Shown: piece after piece, positions 41,264-53,871 of the stretch
Layout of the letters: every line of letters starts with the position of its first letter
Position numbering within the stretch: position 1 is the first letter of the stretch
Assembly (NCBI GenBank): GCA_965221955.1
Contig: CBDCTA010000022.1
Coordinates: 256,001 to 320,000 of the forward strand
Reading direction: 5' to 3'
DNA: 64,000 nucleotides
Source of the DNA: Gammaproteobacteria bacterium
GTDB taxonomy: Bacteria; Pseudomonadota; Gammaproteobacteria; UBA4575
Position numbers and translations under genes: made by a program
The notes under the pieces: generated by a model
Seen by the model: only the letters and a program-made list of their open reading frames with translations
Database searches by the model: none
What the model was told of the DNA's origin: nothing

Positions 41264-41800
41264 TTAATTAACAAGTGTTGTTGAAAGCTTATCTAGTCGC
41301 CCACTTACAGATCCATCAATCACCATGTCACCAGCTCGAATAATAGCGCCACCAATTAAGCTAGCATCTACTTTAGATGTCAGGCGTACTTCTTTACCAA
41401 GACGGGTTTTTAATGATGCCGCTATTTTTGCAAGTTGGGCTTCGCTAACTTCTTGTGCAGAAATTACTTCAGCATCCACAGTGCCCTCGGCTTCGGCGCG
41501 GTAATGCTCATATAAAGCGGTAATTTCTGGAAGTAATTTAATTCGATCGTTCTCGGCTAATAACTTGATGAAATTCTTGCCTCGCTGGTCAATTTTATCT
41601 TCACACACTTTAATAAACATTTCTGCAGATTGGCCTTGTGACAATCTTGGGCTATCTAACACCGCAAGCATTGTCGGATCATTCGCTACTGCAGCCATAA
41701 ATCCCAACATGTCGGTCCATTTTTGCTGTTCGCCATGAGCGTTCGCAATATCAAATGCGGCTCTTGCGTAAGGTCGTGCGGCGGTAGTGAGTTCAGACAT
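41264..41800 (-). CDS. atpH: ATP synthase F1 delta
   Basis: ARPYARAAF, LIGG.IIRAGD.VIDGS. Confidence 0.98.
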   Translation of the reverse strand: MSELTTAARPYARAAFDIANAHGEQQKWTDMLGFMAAVANDPTMLAVLDSPRLSQGQSAEMFIKVCEDKIDQRGKNFIKLLAENDRIKLLPEITALYEHYRAEAEGTVDAEVISAQEVSEAQLAKIAASLKTRLGKEVRLTSKVDASLIGGAIIRAGDMVIDGSVSGRLDKLSTTLVN

Positions 41801-41810
41801 ATGTGTGCGT

Positions 41811-42281
41811 TTAAATTTGTGAAGCTAAATCATCGAGGATATCTTGATGTGAGCTAGCATTAATCTCTTTCTTTAGAATACGCTCAGCACCCGCTACTGC
41901 AATACTAGAAACTTGTGTGCGTAAGGTTTCTTTTGCACGGTTTACTTCTTTTTCTACCTCAGCCTGGGCGGCTTCTTTAATACGGTTACCTTCTTCAACC
42001 GCTACGGATTTTGCGTCTTCAACAATTTCATTCGCGCGCTTTTGTGCTTGGCCCAAAATGTCAGAAGCTTGCTGTTTTGCTTCAGCTAATTTCTTTTCCG
42101 CACCTTGTTCAGCAAGCTCTTGTTGCTTCATGCCACGCTCAGCTTCTGCTAAGCCATCTGCAATTTTCTTTTTGCGTTCATCAAGCATGGCTATTATCGG
42201 TGGCCACACAAACTTCATGCAAAAGAATACAAACAACACAAACGCAATCGTCTGTCCGAAAAGAGTGAGATTAATATTCAT
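41811..42281 (-). CDS. atpF: ATP synthase F0 b
   Basis: [18 protein letters not shown], coiled coil. Confidence 0.98.
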   Translation of the reverse strand: MNINLTLFGQTIAFVLFVFFCMKFVWPPIIAMLDERKKKIADGLAEAERGMKQQELAEQGAEKKLAEAKQQASDILGQAQKRANEIVEDAKSVAVEEGNRIKEAAQAEVEKEVNRAKETLRTQVSSIAVAGAERILKKEINASSHQDILDDLASQI

Positions 42282-42320
42282 GCCTAAACTATCTCTGTTT
42301 TATATGAATGACTTAACGTT

Positions 42321-42581
<261 letters not shown>

Positions 42582-42604
42582 TTACAAAAACGTAAATTAA
42601 ATGA

Positions 42605-43477
<873 letters not shown>

Positions 43478-43879
43478 TTAATGAATTTGCTTAAGTGTTG
43501 GTTTACTAAAAGATTGTGTAATTAAAGGCACAGCCCACATGCACGAATGTGTAATCAAGTACGCTGCAAATAATGTAATTGGATGAACGTCCTTATAATT
43601 TATCAATACAATCGCAAACAGTGCGACAGCTAAACCCAGTTTTATAAACTCCGCTACATATACAGATCGAAGTAATGCTCCTGCTTCTGCAATTCTGCAT
43701 TTAAATAACTGGCGTGCAAAATACATGTTCGGCAATACACAAATTACTCCGCCCAAAAAAGCTGACAACGCAAGCTCAGGTTTTACGATAAATAAAATTA
43801 CTGCGATGCAAAAAGTGATTAACCATTGCCAAACCAGGATATGATTTATTTGCGTCGGTATTGTTAGTTTTTGAACCAA
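43478..43879 (-). CDS. atpI: ATP synthase protein I
   Basis: 4-TM protein (SAFLGG.ICVLPN.YFA, Y.AE..K) immediately upstream of atpB. Confidence 0.88.
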   Translation of the reverse strand: MVQKLTIPTQINHILVWQWLITFCIAVILFIVKPELALSAFLGGVICVLPNMYFARQLFKCRIAEAGALLRSVYVAEFIKLGLAVALFAIVLINYKDVHPITLFAAYLITHSCMWAVPLITQSFSKPTLKQIH

Positions 43880-44065
43880 TTTTATATATTATTTGTTGTT
43901 CGGTTCTTAATTAATGTCTTGTTCAATCACTACGCTCAATTACTATCGAACCAAGACGCTACGCAATCCATATCATGCCTTGACAGAGCTGCGAAGTATA
44001 AATTTTAGACCGTGAAATCTCAATAGAAACTAATGCATACACCTTTCGGCTTAGTACAAAATTAA

Positions 44066-44971
44066 CTACTTTGATTCACCCATTAATTTATTGACGATTC
44101 CCTCAAATTCATCGAGGTTAGTATATCTAATCTGCATACGTCCAGTGCCATTCTGACTATGCTGAATGGATACGCTTGCACCTAAACGATCCGATAACTT
44201 GTGTTCCATGCGTGATACGTCAGGATCTTGATGGCTAACGCTACTGCTTTTCTTTTTATTGCCGCCTTGCAGAAATTGTTTCACCAGCGCTTCTGCACCT
44301 CGAACCGAAAGCTGGCGTTGCACGATAGCTTGCGCACATTGGATTTGTTGATTTTCTTTAAGTGCCAGCAAGGCACGGGCATGACCCATTTCCAACTCGC
44401 TTTGGTTAAGCATATCTTTAACCGGTTCGGCTAGTTCTAATAAACGTAGACTGTTACTCACCGCTGAACGCGAACGCGACACGACTTCGCCAATTTCTTG
44501 ATGGGTAAGGCCAAATTTATCGATCAAATTAGCAAACGCTTGTGCTTCCTCTAATGGATTGAGGTCTTCACGCTGTAAATTTTCGATGATCGCGATCGCA
44601 GCTGCTTCTTGATCATTAACACTTTTTATTACAGCTGGAATTTCTTGTAAGCCTGCTTGTTGTGCTGCACGCCACCGACGTTCGCCTGCGATGAGTTCAT
44701 ATTCATCCGCGTTTTTTCGCACCACAATTGGCTGTACCACGCCTTGTTGGCGTATCGACTGCGCTAAAGCCTCGAGGGCTTCGGGCTCCATGATTTGCCT
44801 TGGTTGGTAAGGGCTTTGACGAATTAACTCGATGGGTAAATTTTGTAGCGATCGGTCGGAATTTGTTTGCGCTTCACTATTACTGATTGCACTTTCTGTT
44901 TTCGCTGCACTCAGTAAAACGTCTACTCCGAGTGAGCCTAAACCACGTTTTTTCTTAACCATACTCATCAC
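44066..44971 (-). CDS. parB: Chromosome partitioning protein ParB
   Basis: KKRGLG, YQPR, GVVQPIVVR, IAGERRWRAA, IENLQREDLNPLEEA. Confidence 0.97.
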   Translation of the reverse strand: MMSMVKKKRGLGSLGVDVLLSAAKTESAISNSEAQTNSDRSLQNLPIELIRQSPYQPRQIMEPEALEALAQSIRQQGVVQPIVVRKNADEYELIAGERRWRAAQQAGLQEIPAVIKSVNDQEAAAIAIIENLQREDLNPLEEAQAFANLIDKFGLTHQEIGEVVSRSRSAVSNSLRLLELAEPVKDMLNQSELEMGHARALLALKENQQIQCAQAIVQRQLSVRGAEALVKQFLQGGNKKKSSSVSHQDPDVSRMEHKLSDRLGASVSIQHSQNGTGRMQIRYTNLDEFEGIVNKLMGESK

Positions 44972-44994
44972 CTGAAGCTCTGATTAATTGATAT

Positions 44995-45795
44995 TTAGTT
45001 TGCCATTGCTGGCGATAATGCCTTCGCTCGGCCTTCATCGCGACGCAGCATCTCGCCGGCTAGCGCTAAATAGGCCAAAGCTCCTCGTGATCGCTTATCA
45101 TAAAGCAGCACCGGCAATCCATGGCTGGGGGCTTCAGCAAGCGTCACATTGCGCGGAATAATGGTGCGGTACACACTATCGCCAAAATGCGAGGTTAGTT
45201 GCGCTGACACGTCATTAGCTAAATTATTACGCGGGTCGAACATGGTACGTAATAAGCCTTCAATTTTTAATTCTGGATTAGCCGACATGCGAATGCGCTC
45301 GATGGTTTGCGTTAAAGCCGAAAGACCTTCTAGTGCATAATATTCACACTGTGTAGGAATGATGACACTGTTTGCTGCGACCAAGCCATTTACGGTGAGC
45401 ATATTTAATGACGGTGGACAATCAATAAAGATGTAGTCGTAATCTTGGTGGACTTGCTCCAATGCTCTGCGCAATTTAAATTCACGTCCCTTCGCTTCTA
45501 ATAATTGCACTTCAGCAGTCGTGAGTTGTTCATTAGCAGGTAATAAGTCATAGCCCCCTTTACTACCATGAATAATACATTCGCTGATAGAAGCTTGTTC
45601 TAGCAATACATGTGCAGTGGTTTTTTCTATCGTGCGCTTATCTACACCTGAGCCCATGGTGGCATTACCTTGAGGATCCAAATCAACCAATAGCACACTG
45701 CGATTCGTTGCCGACATTGAGGCCGCTAAATTCACCGTAGTAGTGGTTTTACCTACTCCACCTTTTTGATTGGTTACTGAAATAATTTTAGTCAT
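44995..45795 (-). CDS. parA: Chromosome partitioning ATPase ParA/Soj
   Basis: NQKGGVGKTTT, DLDPQGNAT, DCPPSL, QCEYYALEGL. Confidence 0.97.
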   Translation of the reverse strand: MTKIISVTNQKGGVGKTTTTVNLAASMSATNRSVLLVDLDPQGNATMGSGVDKRTIEKTTAHVLLEQASISECIIHGSKGGYDLLPANEQLTTAEVQLLEAKGREFKLRRALEQVHQDYDYIFIDCPPSLNMLTVNGLVAANSVIIPTQCEYYALEGLSALTQTIERIRMSANPELKIEGLLRTMFDPRNNLANDVSAQLTSHFGDSVYRTIIPRNVTLAEAPSHGLPVLLYDKRSRGALAYLALAGEMLRRDEGRAKALSPAMAN

Positions 45796-45804
45796 GTTTT
45801 GAAA

Positions 45805-46431
45805 TTATATTTTTTCAACAATGGCGATGTGACGTTGAGCCTCAAGCTGTGGAATGTTCACACTAAATATGCCTCGCACATTATATCTTTTTGGCAGTGC
45901 TTCGAGTTGCTTTTGTTTACCAAGCATAAAAATTATTCTTCCTTCTTCATCTAGATTCTCAAGCATGCGCTCGCAGGCGGCTAACAGCTTGGAACTGCTT
46001 GCATACGCACGGCTGACGAGAGTATCGATGGTTTGATTGGGTGAATATTGCTCAACGCGTTGTTGCACGACTTGGGCATTTTTTAACCCAAGCTCAATGC
46101 TAACTTGTTGGATAAATCGGGTTTTCTTAGCGTTGCTATCTAAAAGAGTGAAAATTTTTTCTGGACACATGATTGCCAGCGGTATCCCAGGTAAACCAGC
46201 GCCACTGCCTATATCGAGAATGTATTCTCCTCGCAGATGTTCAAGTACAGAAAGGCTATCCAAAATATGTTTGCTGATGATCTCTTGTGGTTCAGCAATG
46301 GCCGTTAGGTTGTAGGCCTTGTTCCATTTTTGCAGTAACTGCACAAACAGAAGTAGCTGATCGATTTGAGCTTCACTTACAGTTAGCCCTAACTGCTGCA
46401 CACCGCTGCGAAGTCGCTGTGTGAGATCCAT
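45805..46431 (-). CDS. rsmG: 16S rRNA m7G527 methyltransferase
   Basis: KWNKAYNLTAI, HILDSL, LDIGSGAGLPGIPLA. Confidence 0.97.
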   Translation of the reverse strand: MDLTQRLRSGVQQLGLTVSEAQIDQLLLFVQLLQKWNKAYNLTAIAEPQEIISKHILDSLSVLEHLRGEYILDIGSGAGLPGIPLAIMCPEKIFTLLDSNAKKTRFIQQVSIELGLKNAQVVQQRVEQYSPNQTIDTLVSRAYASSSKLLAACERMLENLDEEGRIIFMLGKQKQLEALPKRYNVRGIFSVNIPQLEAQRHIAIVEKI

Positions 46432-46449
46432 GAATAGAATAAAAAACCT

Positions 46450-48339
46450 TTAAGCGCTTTTTCTTGAAGATTTTGCTTTTAGGTGCACCATTAACAAGGA
46501 AATAGCAGAAGGTGTGATGCCAGAAATTCTCGCCGCCTGTCCAATCGTTACCGGTTTAATTTCCATTAACTTTTGCTTGGCTTCATTTGATAAACCAGAA
46601 ATAGCCGCATAATTAAAATCTTCAGGTAGCTTAACTTCTTCTTGTTGCGCCAAACGCTCAACTTGTGCATTTTGACGTTCGATGTAGCCTGCGTACTTAG
46701 CTTGAATTTCCAGTTGCTCACAAATTTCCACGGGAATATCACTTAGATCTTGTCGGCTAAGCTTTTGCAAATTATCAAAGTTAACTTCTGGCCTGCGTAA
46801 TAGTTCATACATACTGTATTCATGTTTTAACTGCGTGCCTAAAATTTCTTGAGCGACTTCTTCATCGACATCACTTGCTTGTACATAAGTGCTCTGTAAA
46901 CGTTGTTGCTGTTGCTCTAAGGTTTCGCGTTTTTCGCTAAAGACTTGCCATTGTTTTTCCGGCAAACATCCTAGCTCATGTGCAATTTCGCTTAAGCGCA
47001 AATCAGCATTGTCCTGGCGCAGCAATAATCTAAATTCAGCACGACTAGTAAACATGCGATAGGGCTCTAGCGTGCCGCGTGTAACAAGATCATCAATCAT
47101 CACACCGATATACGCCTGGTCACGTTGCGGCACCCATGCTTCTTGTTGCTGTGTGTGTCGTACAGCGTTAATGCCTGCGACCAAACCTTGCGCAGCCGCT
47201 TCTTCATAACCTGTAGTGCCATTGATTTGTCCGGCGAAAAACAAACCTTCAATAGCTTTGATTTCTAAACTGGGCTTTAAGTCACGAGGATCAAAATAAT
47301 CATATTCGATTGCATAACCTGGTCGAGTGATGTGCGCGTTTTCAAAACCTTTTATACTGCGTACAAATTTTTGTTGTGTTTCATATGGCAGACTGGTGGA
47401 AATGCCGTTGGGATAAACTTCATGGGTTTGTAAACCTTCAGGCTCGATAAAAATTTGATGTTTGTCGCGTTCCGCAAAGCGCGTTATTTTATCTTCAATT
47501 GAAGGGCAATAACGTGGCCCCGTACTATCGATGTTGCCGTTATACATTGGCGACAATGCTAAATCTTGCTGAATGATTTCGTGAGTAGAAGTGTTCGTAT
47601 AAGTGATATAGCAGTTCACTTGATCAGGATGTAGCGCAGTAGCACCCATGAAGGAAAACACAGGTGTAGGAGTGTCGCCCGGCTGAACTTCTGTTTGCAA
47701 ATAATCGATGGTGCGGCCATCAATCCTTGGTGGTGTGCCAGTCTTTAAACGTCCAACACGTAAGTCTAAATCGCGTAAACGTTGTGCCAATGTTATCGCT
47801 GGAGGATCCCCCGCACGCCCAGCAGCATAATTATCATTTCCGATATGGATTTTACCGCCCAAGAATGTACCGGTAGTCAGTACCACAGATTCTGCGTAGA
47901 AGGTCAGACCGCTTTGGGTCATTACGCCACAAATACGATCTTTCTCAATTAATAAATCATCAACCGCTTGTTGAAAAAGTTGTAAGTTGGCTTGATTCTC
48001 TACTTGCTCACGAATTGCGGCTTTATAAAGAACCCGATCTGCTTGCGCGCGTGTCGCACGTACTGCAGGTCCTTTACGTGAATTGAGCACGCGAAATTGA
48101 ATGCCTCCCATATCTGCTGCCAAGGCCATCGCGCCACCCATGGCATCAATTTCTTTAACTAAATGGCTTTTACCAATACCGCCAATCGCGGGGTTACAAC
48201 TCATTTGGCCAATGGTTTCGATGTTATGGGTAATCAGCAAGGTGCTTGCACCCATACGGGCTGCGGCTAAGGCCGCCTCGGTACCTGCATGGCCACCACC
48301 AATGACAATGACTTCATAACGTTGAGTATTCTTATTCAT
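46450..48339 (-). CDS. mnmG: tRNA uridine-5-carboxymethylaminomethyl synthesis enzyme
   Basis: [46 protein letters not shown]. Confidence 0.99.
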   Translation of the reverse strand: MNKNTQRYEVIVIGGGHAGTEAALAAARMGASTLLITHNIETIGQMSCNPAIGGIGKSHLVKEIDAMGGAMALAADMGGIQFRVLNSRKGPAVRATRAQADRVLYKAAIREQVENQANLQLFQQAVDDLLIEKDRICGVMTQSGLTFYAESVVLTTGTFLGGKIHIGNDNYAAGRAGDPPAITLAQRLRDLDLRVGRLKTGTPPRIDGRTIDYLQTEVQPGDTPTPVFSFMGATALHPDQVNCYITYTNTSTHEIIQQDLALSPMYNGNIDSTGPRYCPSIEDKITRFAERDKHQIFIEPEGLQTHEVYPNGISTSLPYETQQKFVRSIKGFENAHITRPGYAIEYDYFDPRDLKPSLEIKAIEGLFFAGQINGTTGYEEAAAQGLVAGINAVRHTQQQEAWVPQRDQAYIGVMIDDLVTRGTLEPYRMFTSRAEFRLLLRQDNADLRLSEIAHELGCLPEKQWQVFSEKRETLEQQQQRLQSTYVQASDVDEEVAQEILGTQLKHEYSMYELLRRPEVNFDNLQKLSRQDLSDIPVEICEQLEIQAKYAGYIERQNAQVERLAQQEEVKLPEDFNYAAISGLSNEAKQKLMEIKPVTIGQAARISGITPSAISLLMVHLKAKSSRKSA

Positions 48340-48400
48340 GGTTACTTATTGTACTGAAGCACAGGAGATTACTCGACACCCCGAAAGTGTCATCACAAGC

Positions 48401-49750
48401 TTATTTCCCTATACAAAACTCTGAGAAGATCTTGCCTAGTAGGTCATCAGAGGTAAATTCACCCGTGATCTCATTTAAATACTGTTGCGCAGAACGCAAG
48501 TCTTCAGCGGCTAGCTCAAGTGTCTCGGTATTAACCAAACGTTGTGATGCAAGTTGAATATTTTGCAACGCTTGTTGTAAAGCGATCACGTGGCGGCTTC
48601 TGGCTAAGAAAGGAGTTTCACCAGTCTCCTGCTTGCCAAGGTGTTCCCCAATAAAATGGATTAACTCCTTTATTCCCTGCTCTGTAGTTGCGGAGATACA
48701 AAGATGCTCACTGTCTTGTTGCTTGGTAACTAAATCAATTTTATTAAAAACCGTTACAACTTTATTTACATCTAATTCTTTTGGGAGATCGTATTGTTGG
48801 TCATTGCTTTGTTTACCTTCACTGGCATCAATAAGCCATAAAATAAGATCAGCTTGTTGTAATTCTTGTTGCGCACGCTCGATGCCTTTGCTTTCTACTA
48901 TATCTTGCGTCTCGCGAAGACCTGCTGTATCGATTAAACGCACAGGAATACCACAAATCTCAATGTCTGCGGTTAATGGATCACGCGTGGTGCCTGGTAT
49001 TTCGGTCACGATCGCAACATCGCTCTGTGCTAACACATTTAACAAACTTGATTTACCCGCGTTGGGTCTTCCCGCAATGGCAATCGTAGCGCCTTGTTGC
49101 ATGCGTGCTCCAAGTTTGGCTTGATCTAACAACTCTTTTAGCTTTGTATGTAATTCTTTTAGTTGCTTTTGCACGTGTGTTAATTGCTGACGGTCTATTT
49201 CTTCGTCAGGAAAATCTAGATGGGCTTCTATATGCATACGTATTTGAATCAAGCGAGTAAGCACTTCTGAAACACGTTGTGAAAACGCGCCCTGCATAGA
49301 TTTTGTCGCAGTGCGTACAGCTTGTTCAGTGGTACTGTTGATTAAGTCGGCTATCGCTTCGGCTTGCGTTAAGTCGATTTTATTATTTAAAAACGCGCGC
49401 AAACTAAATTCACCCGCTGTTGCCAAACGCGCACCGTGATCACAAAGTGTTTTTAACAGTGCTTCTGCTACCAGTGGATTGCCATGGCAATGAAACTCAA
49501 CAACATCTTCGCCCGTAAACGATGCGGGTGCTTGAAAATAAATTGCGATACCTTGATCAATTAGTGTGTCCTCACGAGTAAAAAAATTTGTGAAGCTAGC
49601 TTGGCGCGCAGGGAGCATTGCATGCGTAAGTTTTTCAGCAACTTCAAGTGCGCCTTTGCCTGACAAACGAACAATAGCAAGTGCGCTGCGCCCTGGAGGG
49701 GTGGCAACTGCACAGATCAATTCTTTTTGTGGGTTGTTTACGTCGGGCAT
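48401..49750 (-). CDS. mnmE: tRNA modification GTPase
   Basis: GRPNAGKSSLLN, PGTTRD, DTAGLR, NKID, C-terminal FCIGK. Confidence 0.99.
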   Translation of the reverse strand: MPDVNNPQKELICAVATPPGRSALAIVRLSGKGALEVAEKLTHAMLPARQASFTNFFTREDTLIDQGIAIYFQAPASFTGEDVVEFHCHGNPLVAEALLKTLCDHGARLATAGEFSLRAFLNNKIDLTQAEAIADLINSTTEQAVRTATKSMQGAFSQRVSEVLTRLIQIRMHIEAHLDFPDEEIDRQQLTHVQKQLKELHTKLKELLDQAKLGARMQQGATIAIAGRPNAGKSSLLNVLAQSDVAIVTEIPGTTRDPLTADIEICGIPVRLIDTAGLRETQDIVESKGIERAQQELQQADLILWLIDASEGKQSNDQQYDLPKELDVNKVVTVFNKIDLVTKQQDSEHLCISATTEQGIKELIHFIGEHLGKQETGETPFLARSRHVIALQQALQNIQLASQRLVNTETLELAAEDLRSAQQYLNEITGEFTSDDLLGKIFSEFCIGK

Positions 49751-49775
49751 CAGCGCGCCCTTTTAAATAGCTATA

Positions 49776-51473
49776 TTAGTAAGCTTCGTTTTCGATACGT
49801 TTGGTGATGACATACTGTTGAATAATCGACAAAATATTATTCACTAACCAATACAATACTAAACCAGCCGGGAAGAACGCCATAAAAATAGACATCATAA
49901 TTGGCATCATGGCAAATATTTTTGCCTGCATAGGGTCAGGTGGTGCTGGGTTCAATTTAAATTGCACATACATGCTGATGCCCATTAGTAACGGCAACAC
50001 AAAAATAGGGTCGCGCACGGATAAATCCTGAATCCAAAACATAAATGGCGCTTGTCGTAACTCTACACTTTCAATTAACACCCAATATAAAGCCAAGAAC
50101 ACAGGCATTTGAATCAAAATGGGCAAACAACCTTTTGCTGGGTTGACCTTTTCTTTGCGGTATAAGTCCCAAGTGGCTTGACCAAGTTTTTGTTTGTCGT
50201 CTACATAGCGTTCTTGCAAGGCTTTAATACGTGGTTGCAATTTGCGCATACGCGCCATTGACTTGTAACTGGTTTCAGACAACTTATAAAAAATAAGTTT
50301 AATCACTACGGTGACCAAAATAATCGCCCAACCCCAGTTGCCTACCAACTTGTGGAACCACTGTAGCAACCAAAACAATGGTTTTGACAAAATGGAAAAC
50401 ATGCCGTAGTCGACGCTTAACTCTAAACCTTTGGCAAGGTCTTTCATGTCATCTTGAATTTTCGGGCCCACATACAAACGTCGATTGAATTCAGCACTTG
50501 AAGTAGGAGCAATCGTTTTTGCTTCTGAAAGCATACCAATCAATAACTGTTTCTCGCCCGCAGCTTTTACTTCTTTACTGTAAAAACGATTTTGCTCATC
50601 TTGTTCAGGTATCCATGCAGACACAAAGTAGTGTTGCAACACTGCAATCCAACCACCATCCACCGGCATATTGATAGGTTCATCTTGCACATCATCGAAA
50701 GCATGTTTGTGATACGCGCCATCAAAATAAGCGGTGCCCGTATAGGTTGGTAAACGTAACCAGCTGCGATTTTCTGGAACCGGACTATGGCGCAATTGTT
50801 GATATTGTCGACCCACCCAAGTTGTGTCGCCTTGATTCATTACGTGATGTTTAACATCAAAAACAAAGGACCCGCGATAAAAAGTGTAGCTTTTTTCAAC
50901 CTCTATTCCATTTTCACCCGTCCACAAAAGCTTTACCTGCAATTCATCTTCACCCTCGCCCAACTGATACTCGGTTTTATCAACGCGATATATTTCATGA
51001 TGTGTTGGTGCTGCGCCACGAATAGCTTGGCCATTGATTTTATCGTGCTGTAAACCGGATTGAGCAATATAGATACGCGCATCACTACGCATGAGTCGAA
51101 ACGCTTGGTCTTTTTGCTGTAAAGAAACTGGGTAGGTAGGTAGCTCCACTTGGCGAACATCACCACCGCGAGTATCAATAATCAGATCTAATACATCTGT
51201 ACGCACATGAATCTTTTTGCTTTTACTTTGTGGCTGATTCGTTTCGTTTACATTATTCGTTGTAGACGCCTGCGACTGTGGGGTATTTACTGCTTCGGGA
51301 ATATCATCTGAGCTTTCGCTGTAACTATTGCTATCAATAGCTTCGCCTATTTGCTGGCTGTTTACATCTTGTTGTGCAACGGATGGTGGCGTCTGTTCTT
51401 GTTGCCAGGTAAGCCAGATAATGTATAGCAAAAAAACGAGCGCTAAATACAAAAAGAATCTTTGGTTTTCCAT
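49776..51473 (-). CDS. yidC: Membrane protein insertase
   Basis: GNWGWAII, YKSMARMR, GCLPILIQMP, PAGLVLYW.VNN. Confidence 0.98.
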   Translation of the reverse strand: MENQRFFLYLALVFLLYIIWLTWQQEQTPPSVAQQDVNSQQIGEAIDSNSYSESSDDIPEAVNTPQSQASTTNNVNETNQPQSKSKKIHVRTDVLDLIIDTRGGDVRQVELPTYPVSLQQKDQAFRLMRSDARIYIAQSGLQHDKINGQAIRGAAPTHHEIYRVDKTEYQLGEGEDELQVKLLWTGENGIEVEKSYTFYRGSFVFDVKHHVMNQGDTTWVGRQYQQLRHSPVPENRSWLRLPTYTGTAYFDGAYHKHAFDDVQDEPINMPVDGGWIAVLQHYFVSAWIPEQDEQNRFYSKEVKAAGEKQLLIGMLSEAKTIAPTSSAEFNRRLYVGPKIQDDMKDLAKGLELSVDYGMFSILSKPLFWLLQWFHKLVGNWGWAIILVTVVIKLIFYKLSETSYKSMARMRKLQPRIKALQERYVDDKQKLGQATWDLYRKEKVNPAKGCLPILIQMPVFLALYWVLIESVELRQAPFMFWIQDLSVRDPIFVLPLLMGISMYVQFKLNPAPPDPMQAKIFAMMPIMMSIFMAFFPAGLVLYWLVNNILSIIQQYVITKRIENEAY

Positions 51474-51485
51474 ACTATTTTGTTT

Positions 51486-51725
51486 TTAATTATGTGTATG
51501 GTTTTCCGGAACCGGGTCTACACCGCCAGCATGCCATGGATGACAACTAGCAAGACGTTTTAAAGTAAGCCAACTGCCGCGATAGGCACCGTGTTTTTGC
51601 AATGCCTCTAATGCATACTGTGAACAGGTTGGATGGAACCTGCATTGTTGACCCAACCACGGGCTTAATACCAACCGATAAACCTTAACCAATACAATAA
51701 GAACTTTGCTAATTACTCTGTTCAT
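51486..51725 (-). CDS. yidD: Membrane protein insertion efficiency factor
   Basis: CRFHPTCSQYA, RL..CHPW..GG.DPVP. Confidence 0.96.
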   Translation of the reverse strand: MNRVISKVLIVLVKVYRLVLSPWLGQQCRFHPTCSQYALEALQKHGAYRGSWLTLKRLASCHPWHAGGVDPVPENHTHN

Positions 51726-51735
51726 AGTGGCCTAG

Positions 51736-52092
51736 TTAGTATTGTTCCCACAACGATTCCATTTGTAGTCTGAGCCTGTGTTTATACTTTGGTCTGTTAA
51801 TTGCTTTAATGGGCCGCTTTAAAATTACAATAAAGTCGTTTGCAGGTAATGACGTTTTAGCCAATCGAAAACTTTCTCGAATAATTCGCTTAATTATGTT
51901 TCGATCTACAGCACGTTTAGCGTGACGTTTTGCAACGATGACTCCTAGGCGCGGTTGCCCTATCTCATTTTCTCTAGATAGTATTGTAAAAAATTCGCTG
52001 CTCGATTTTGTTGCCTGATCAAAGACTCGAGTAAATTGGCTTGCGTTCTGTAGCCGATCCCGATGTGTGTACGCGTTAACTTTTGCTTGCAA
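51736..52092 (-). CDS. rnpA: Ribonuclease P protein component
   Basis: PRLGVIVAKR..KRAVDRNIIKR.IRESFR; lies between rpmH and yidD. Confidence 0.95.
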   Translation of the reverse strand: MQAKVNAYTHRDRLQNASQFTRVFDQATKSSSEFFTILSRENEIGQPRLGVIVAKRHAKRAVDRNIIKRIIRESFRLAKTSLPANDFIVILKRPIKAINRPKYKHRLRLQMESLWEQY

Positions 52093-52125
52093 GAATTCTT
52101 TGTCAAAAAATCTAAAGCAAAATAA

Positions 52126-52260
52126 TTACGGAGCTAAACGTGCGCGTCCGCGTGCACGACGAGCATTGATTACTGCACGACCACCTTTTGTTTTCATTCT
52201 AGCTCTAAAGCCGTGTGTGCGTGCGCGCTTTAAGTTGCTAGGTTGATAAGTGCGTTTCAT
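52126..52260 (-). CDS. rpmH: 50S ribosomal protein L34 (not in ORF track)
   Basis: Manual translation [44 protein letters not shown]. Confidence 0.98.
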   Translation of the reverse strand: MKRTYQPSNLKRARTHGFRARMKTKGGRAVINARRARGRARLAP

Positions 52261-52440
52261 GATATTCCAATTTAATTTTTAACTAATTTAAATCTTATTA
52301 ATTTAATTATTCTATTTTAGACTCCTAAGCCAAGTTTTAACTTAGCCCTACAATTAAATACTTAGAATAATTATTTAATAAGGTGCGCAAAAATAGTCGC
52401 GCTACTTACATTTGTCAACGGCTATTGTCTGCCATTAAAC

Positions 52441-52449
52441 AGTGGATAA
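52441..52449 (-). promoter_or_regulatory. DnaA box (1 mismatch) upstream of dnaA
   Basis: AGTGGATAA, i.e. TTATCCACT on the minus strand. Confidence 0.6.
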
Positions 52450-52524
52450 CAATCCTATTACTGGATAGACTGATCTACCCCATAACGATTTTACAATAAT
52501 TATAAGCATACTGGAGTAAGCTGC

Positions 52525-53871
52525 GTGTCTACTATTCTCTGGAAATCCTGTGTCCACAAACTCGAGTCTGAATTATCCGAGCAACAACTCAATACTTGGA
52601 TTCGGCCACTACATGCAATCGAGGAAAAAGGTGAACTCACCCTATTAGCACCGAATCGTTTTGTGCTCGATTGGGTACAAGATCATTTTCTTGCTCGTAT
52701 TGATGAGCTCATAGCTAGTGATAGTGCTACAAGTGGCCATAAGGTCAACCTCGAAATTGGTAGCAGTGAACGTAAAGTAGTTTCTCAAAGTAATGAACAG
52801 GCTGAGAAAATCCAGGCAGTAAAATCAACCACTGCCAAACTACAAAACTTCAGTCATAACCTTAATCCGAATTTCACTTTTGACACTTTTGTTGAAGGTA
52901 AATCTAACCAACTACCAAAAGCGGCAGCTCTACAAGTGGCTAATCACCCTGGTGAAGCCTACAACCCACTACTTATTTACGGTGGTGTAGGTCTTGGTAA
53001 AACACACTTATTGCATGCTGTTGGTAACCAAATGCTGGTACAAAACCCAGCTGCAAAAATTCTATATCTACACTCCGAGCGTTTTGTAGCCGACATGGTT
53101 AAGGCCTTGCAACATAATGCCATTAGTGAATTCAAACGTTTTTATCGCTCTGTAGATGCATTGCTTATTGATGACATCCAGTTCTTTGCAGGCAAGGAAC
53201 GTTCCCAAGAGGAATTTTTCCACACATTTAATACTCTCCTCGAAGGCCAGCGCCAAGTAATTTTGACTTGTGACCGCTATCCAAAAGAAGTTGAAGATTT
53301 ACAAGAGCGTTTAAAGTCGCGTTTTGGCTGGGGCTTAACACAATCTATTGAGCCTCCGGAACTAGAGACTCGTGTTGCTATCATGCAGCGCAAAGCTGAA
53401 TTACTACATATTGAGCTACCCAGTGAGGTCGCGTTTTTCATCGGTAAACGCATTCGTTCTAACATCCGCGAACTCGAAGGTGCGTTACGTAGAGTCATCG
53501 CAAATGCACAATTTACAGGCTCTGCCATCACTTTAGATTTTGCTAAGGAAGCACTACACGATTTACTAGCACTACAAGATAAGTTGGTAACGATTGATAA
53601 TATTCAAAAAACTGTTGCGGAGTATTTCAAAATCCGAGTTTCAGATCTGTTATCCGCACGACGCAGTCGCTCCATTACGCGCCCGCGACAAATTGCAATG
53701 TCTCTAGCAAAAGAATTAACCAACCACAGCCTGCCAGAAATTGGCGATGCGTTTGGTGGTAGAGATCATACGACCGTATTGCATGCATGCAGAAAAATTA
53801 CATGCTTGCGTGAAAGTGATACGCGTATTAGCGATGATTACATTAATTTATTGCGTAGCTTAAGCAGTTAA
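52525..53871 (+). CDS. dnaA: Chromosomal replication initiator
   Basis: GTG start after ggag; [36 protein letters not shown]. Confidence 0.99.
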   Translation: MSTILWKSCVHKLESELSEQQLNTWIRPLHAIEEKGELTLLAPNRFVLDWVQDHFLARIDELIASDSATSGHKVNLEIGSSERKVVSQSNEQAEKIQAVKSTTAKLQNFSHNLNPNFTFDTFVEGKSNQLPKAAALQVANHPGEAYNPLLIYGGVGLGKTHLLHAVGNQMLVQNPAAKILYLHSERFVADMVKALQHNAISEFKRFYRSVDALLIDDIQFFAGKERSQEEFFHTFNTLLEGQRQVILTCDRYPKEVEDLQERLKSRFGWGLTQSIEPPELETRVAIMQRKAELLHIELPSEVAFFIGKRIRSNIRELEGALRRVIANAQFTGSAITLDFAKEALHDLLALQDKLVTIDNIQKTVAEYFKIRVSDLLSARRSRSITRPRQIAMSLAKELTNHSLPEIGDAFGGRDHTTVLHACRKITCLRESDTRISDDYINLLRSLSS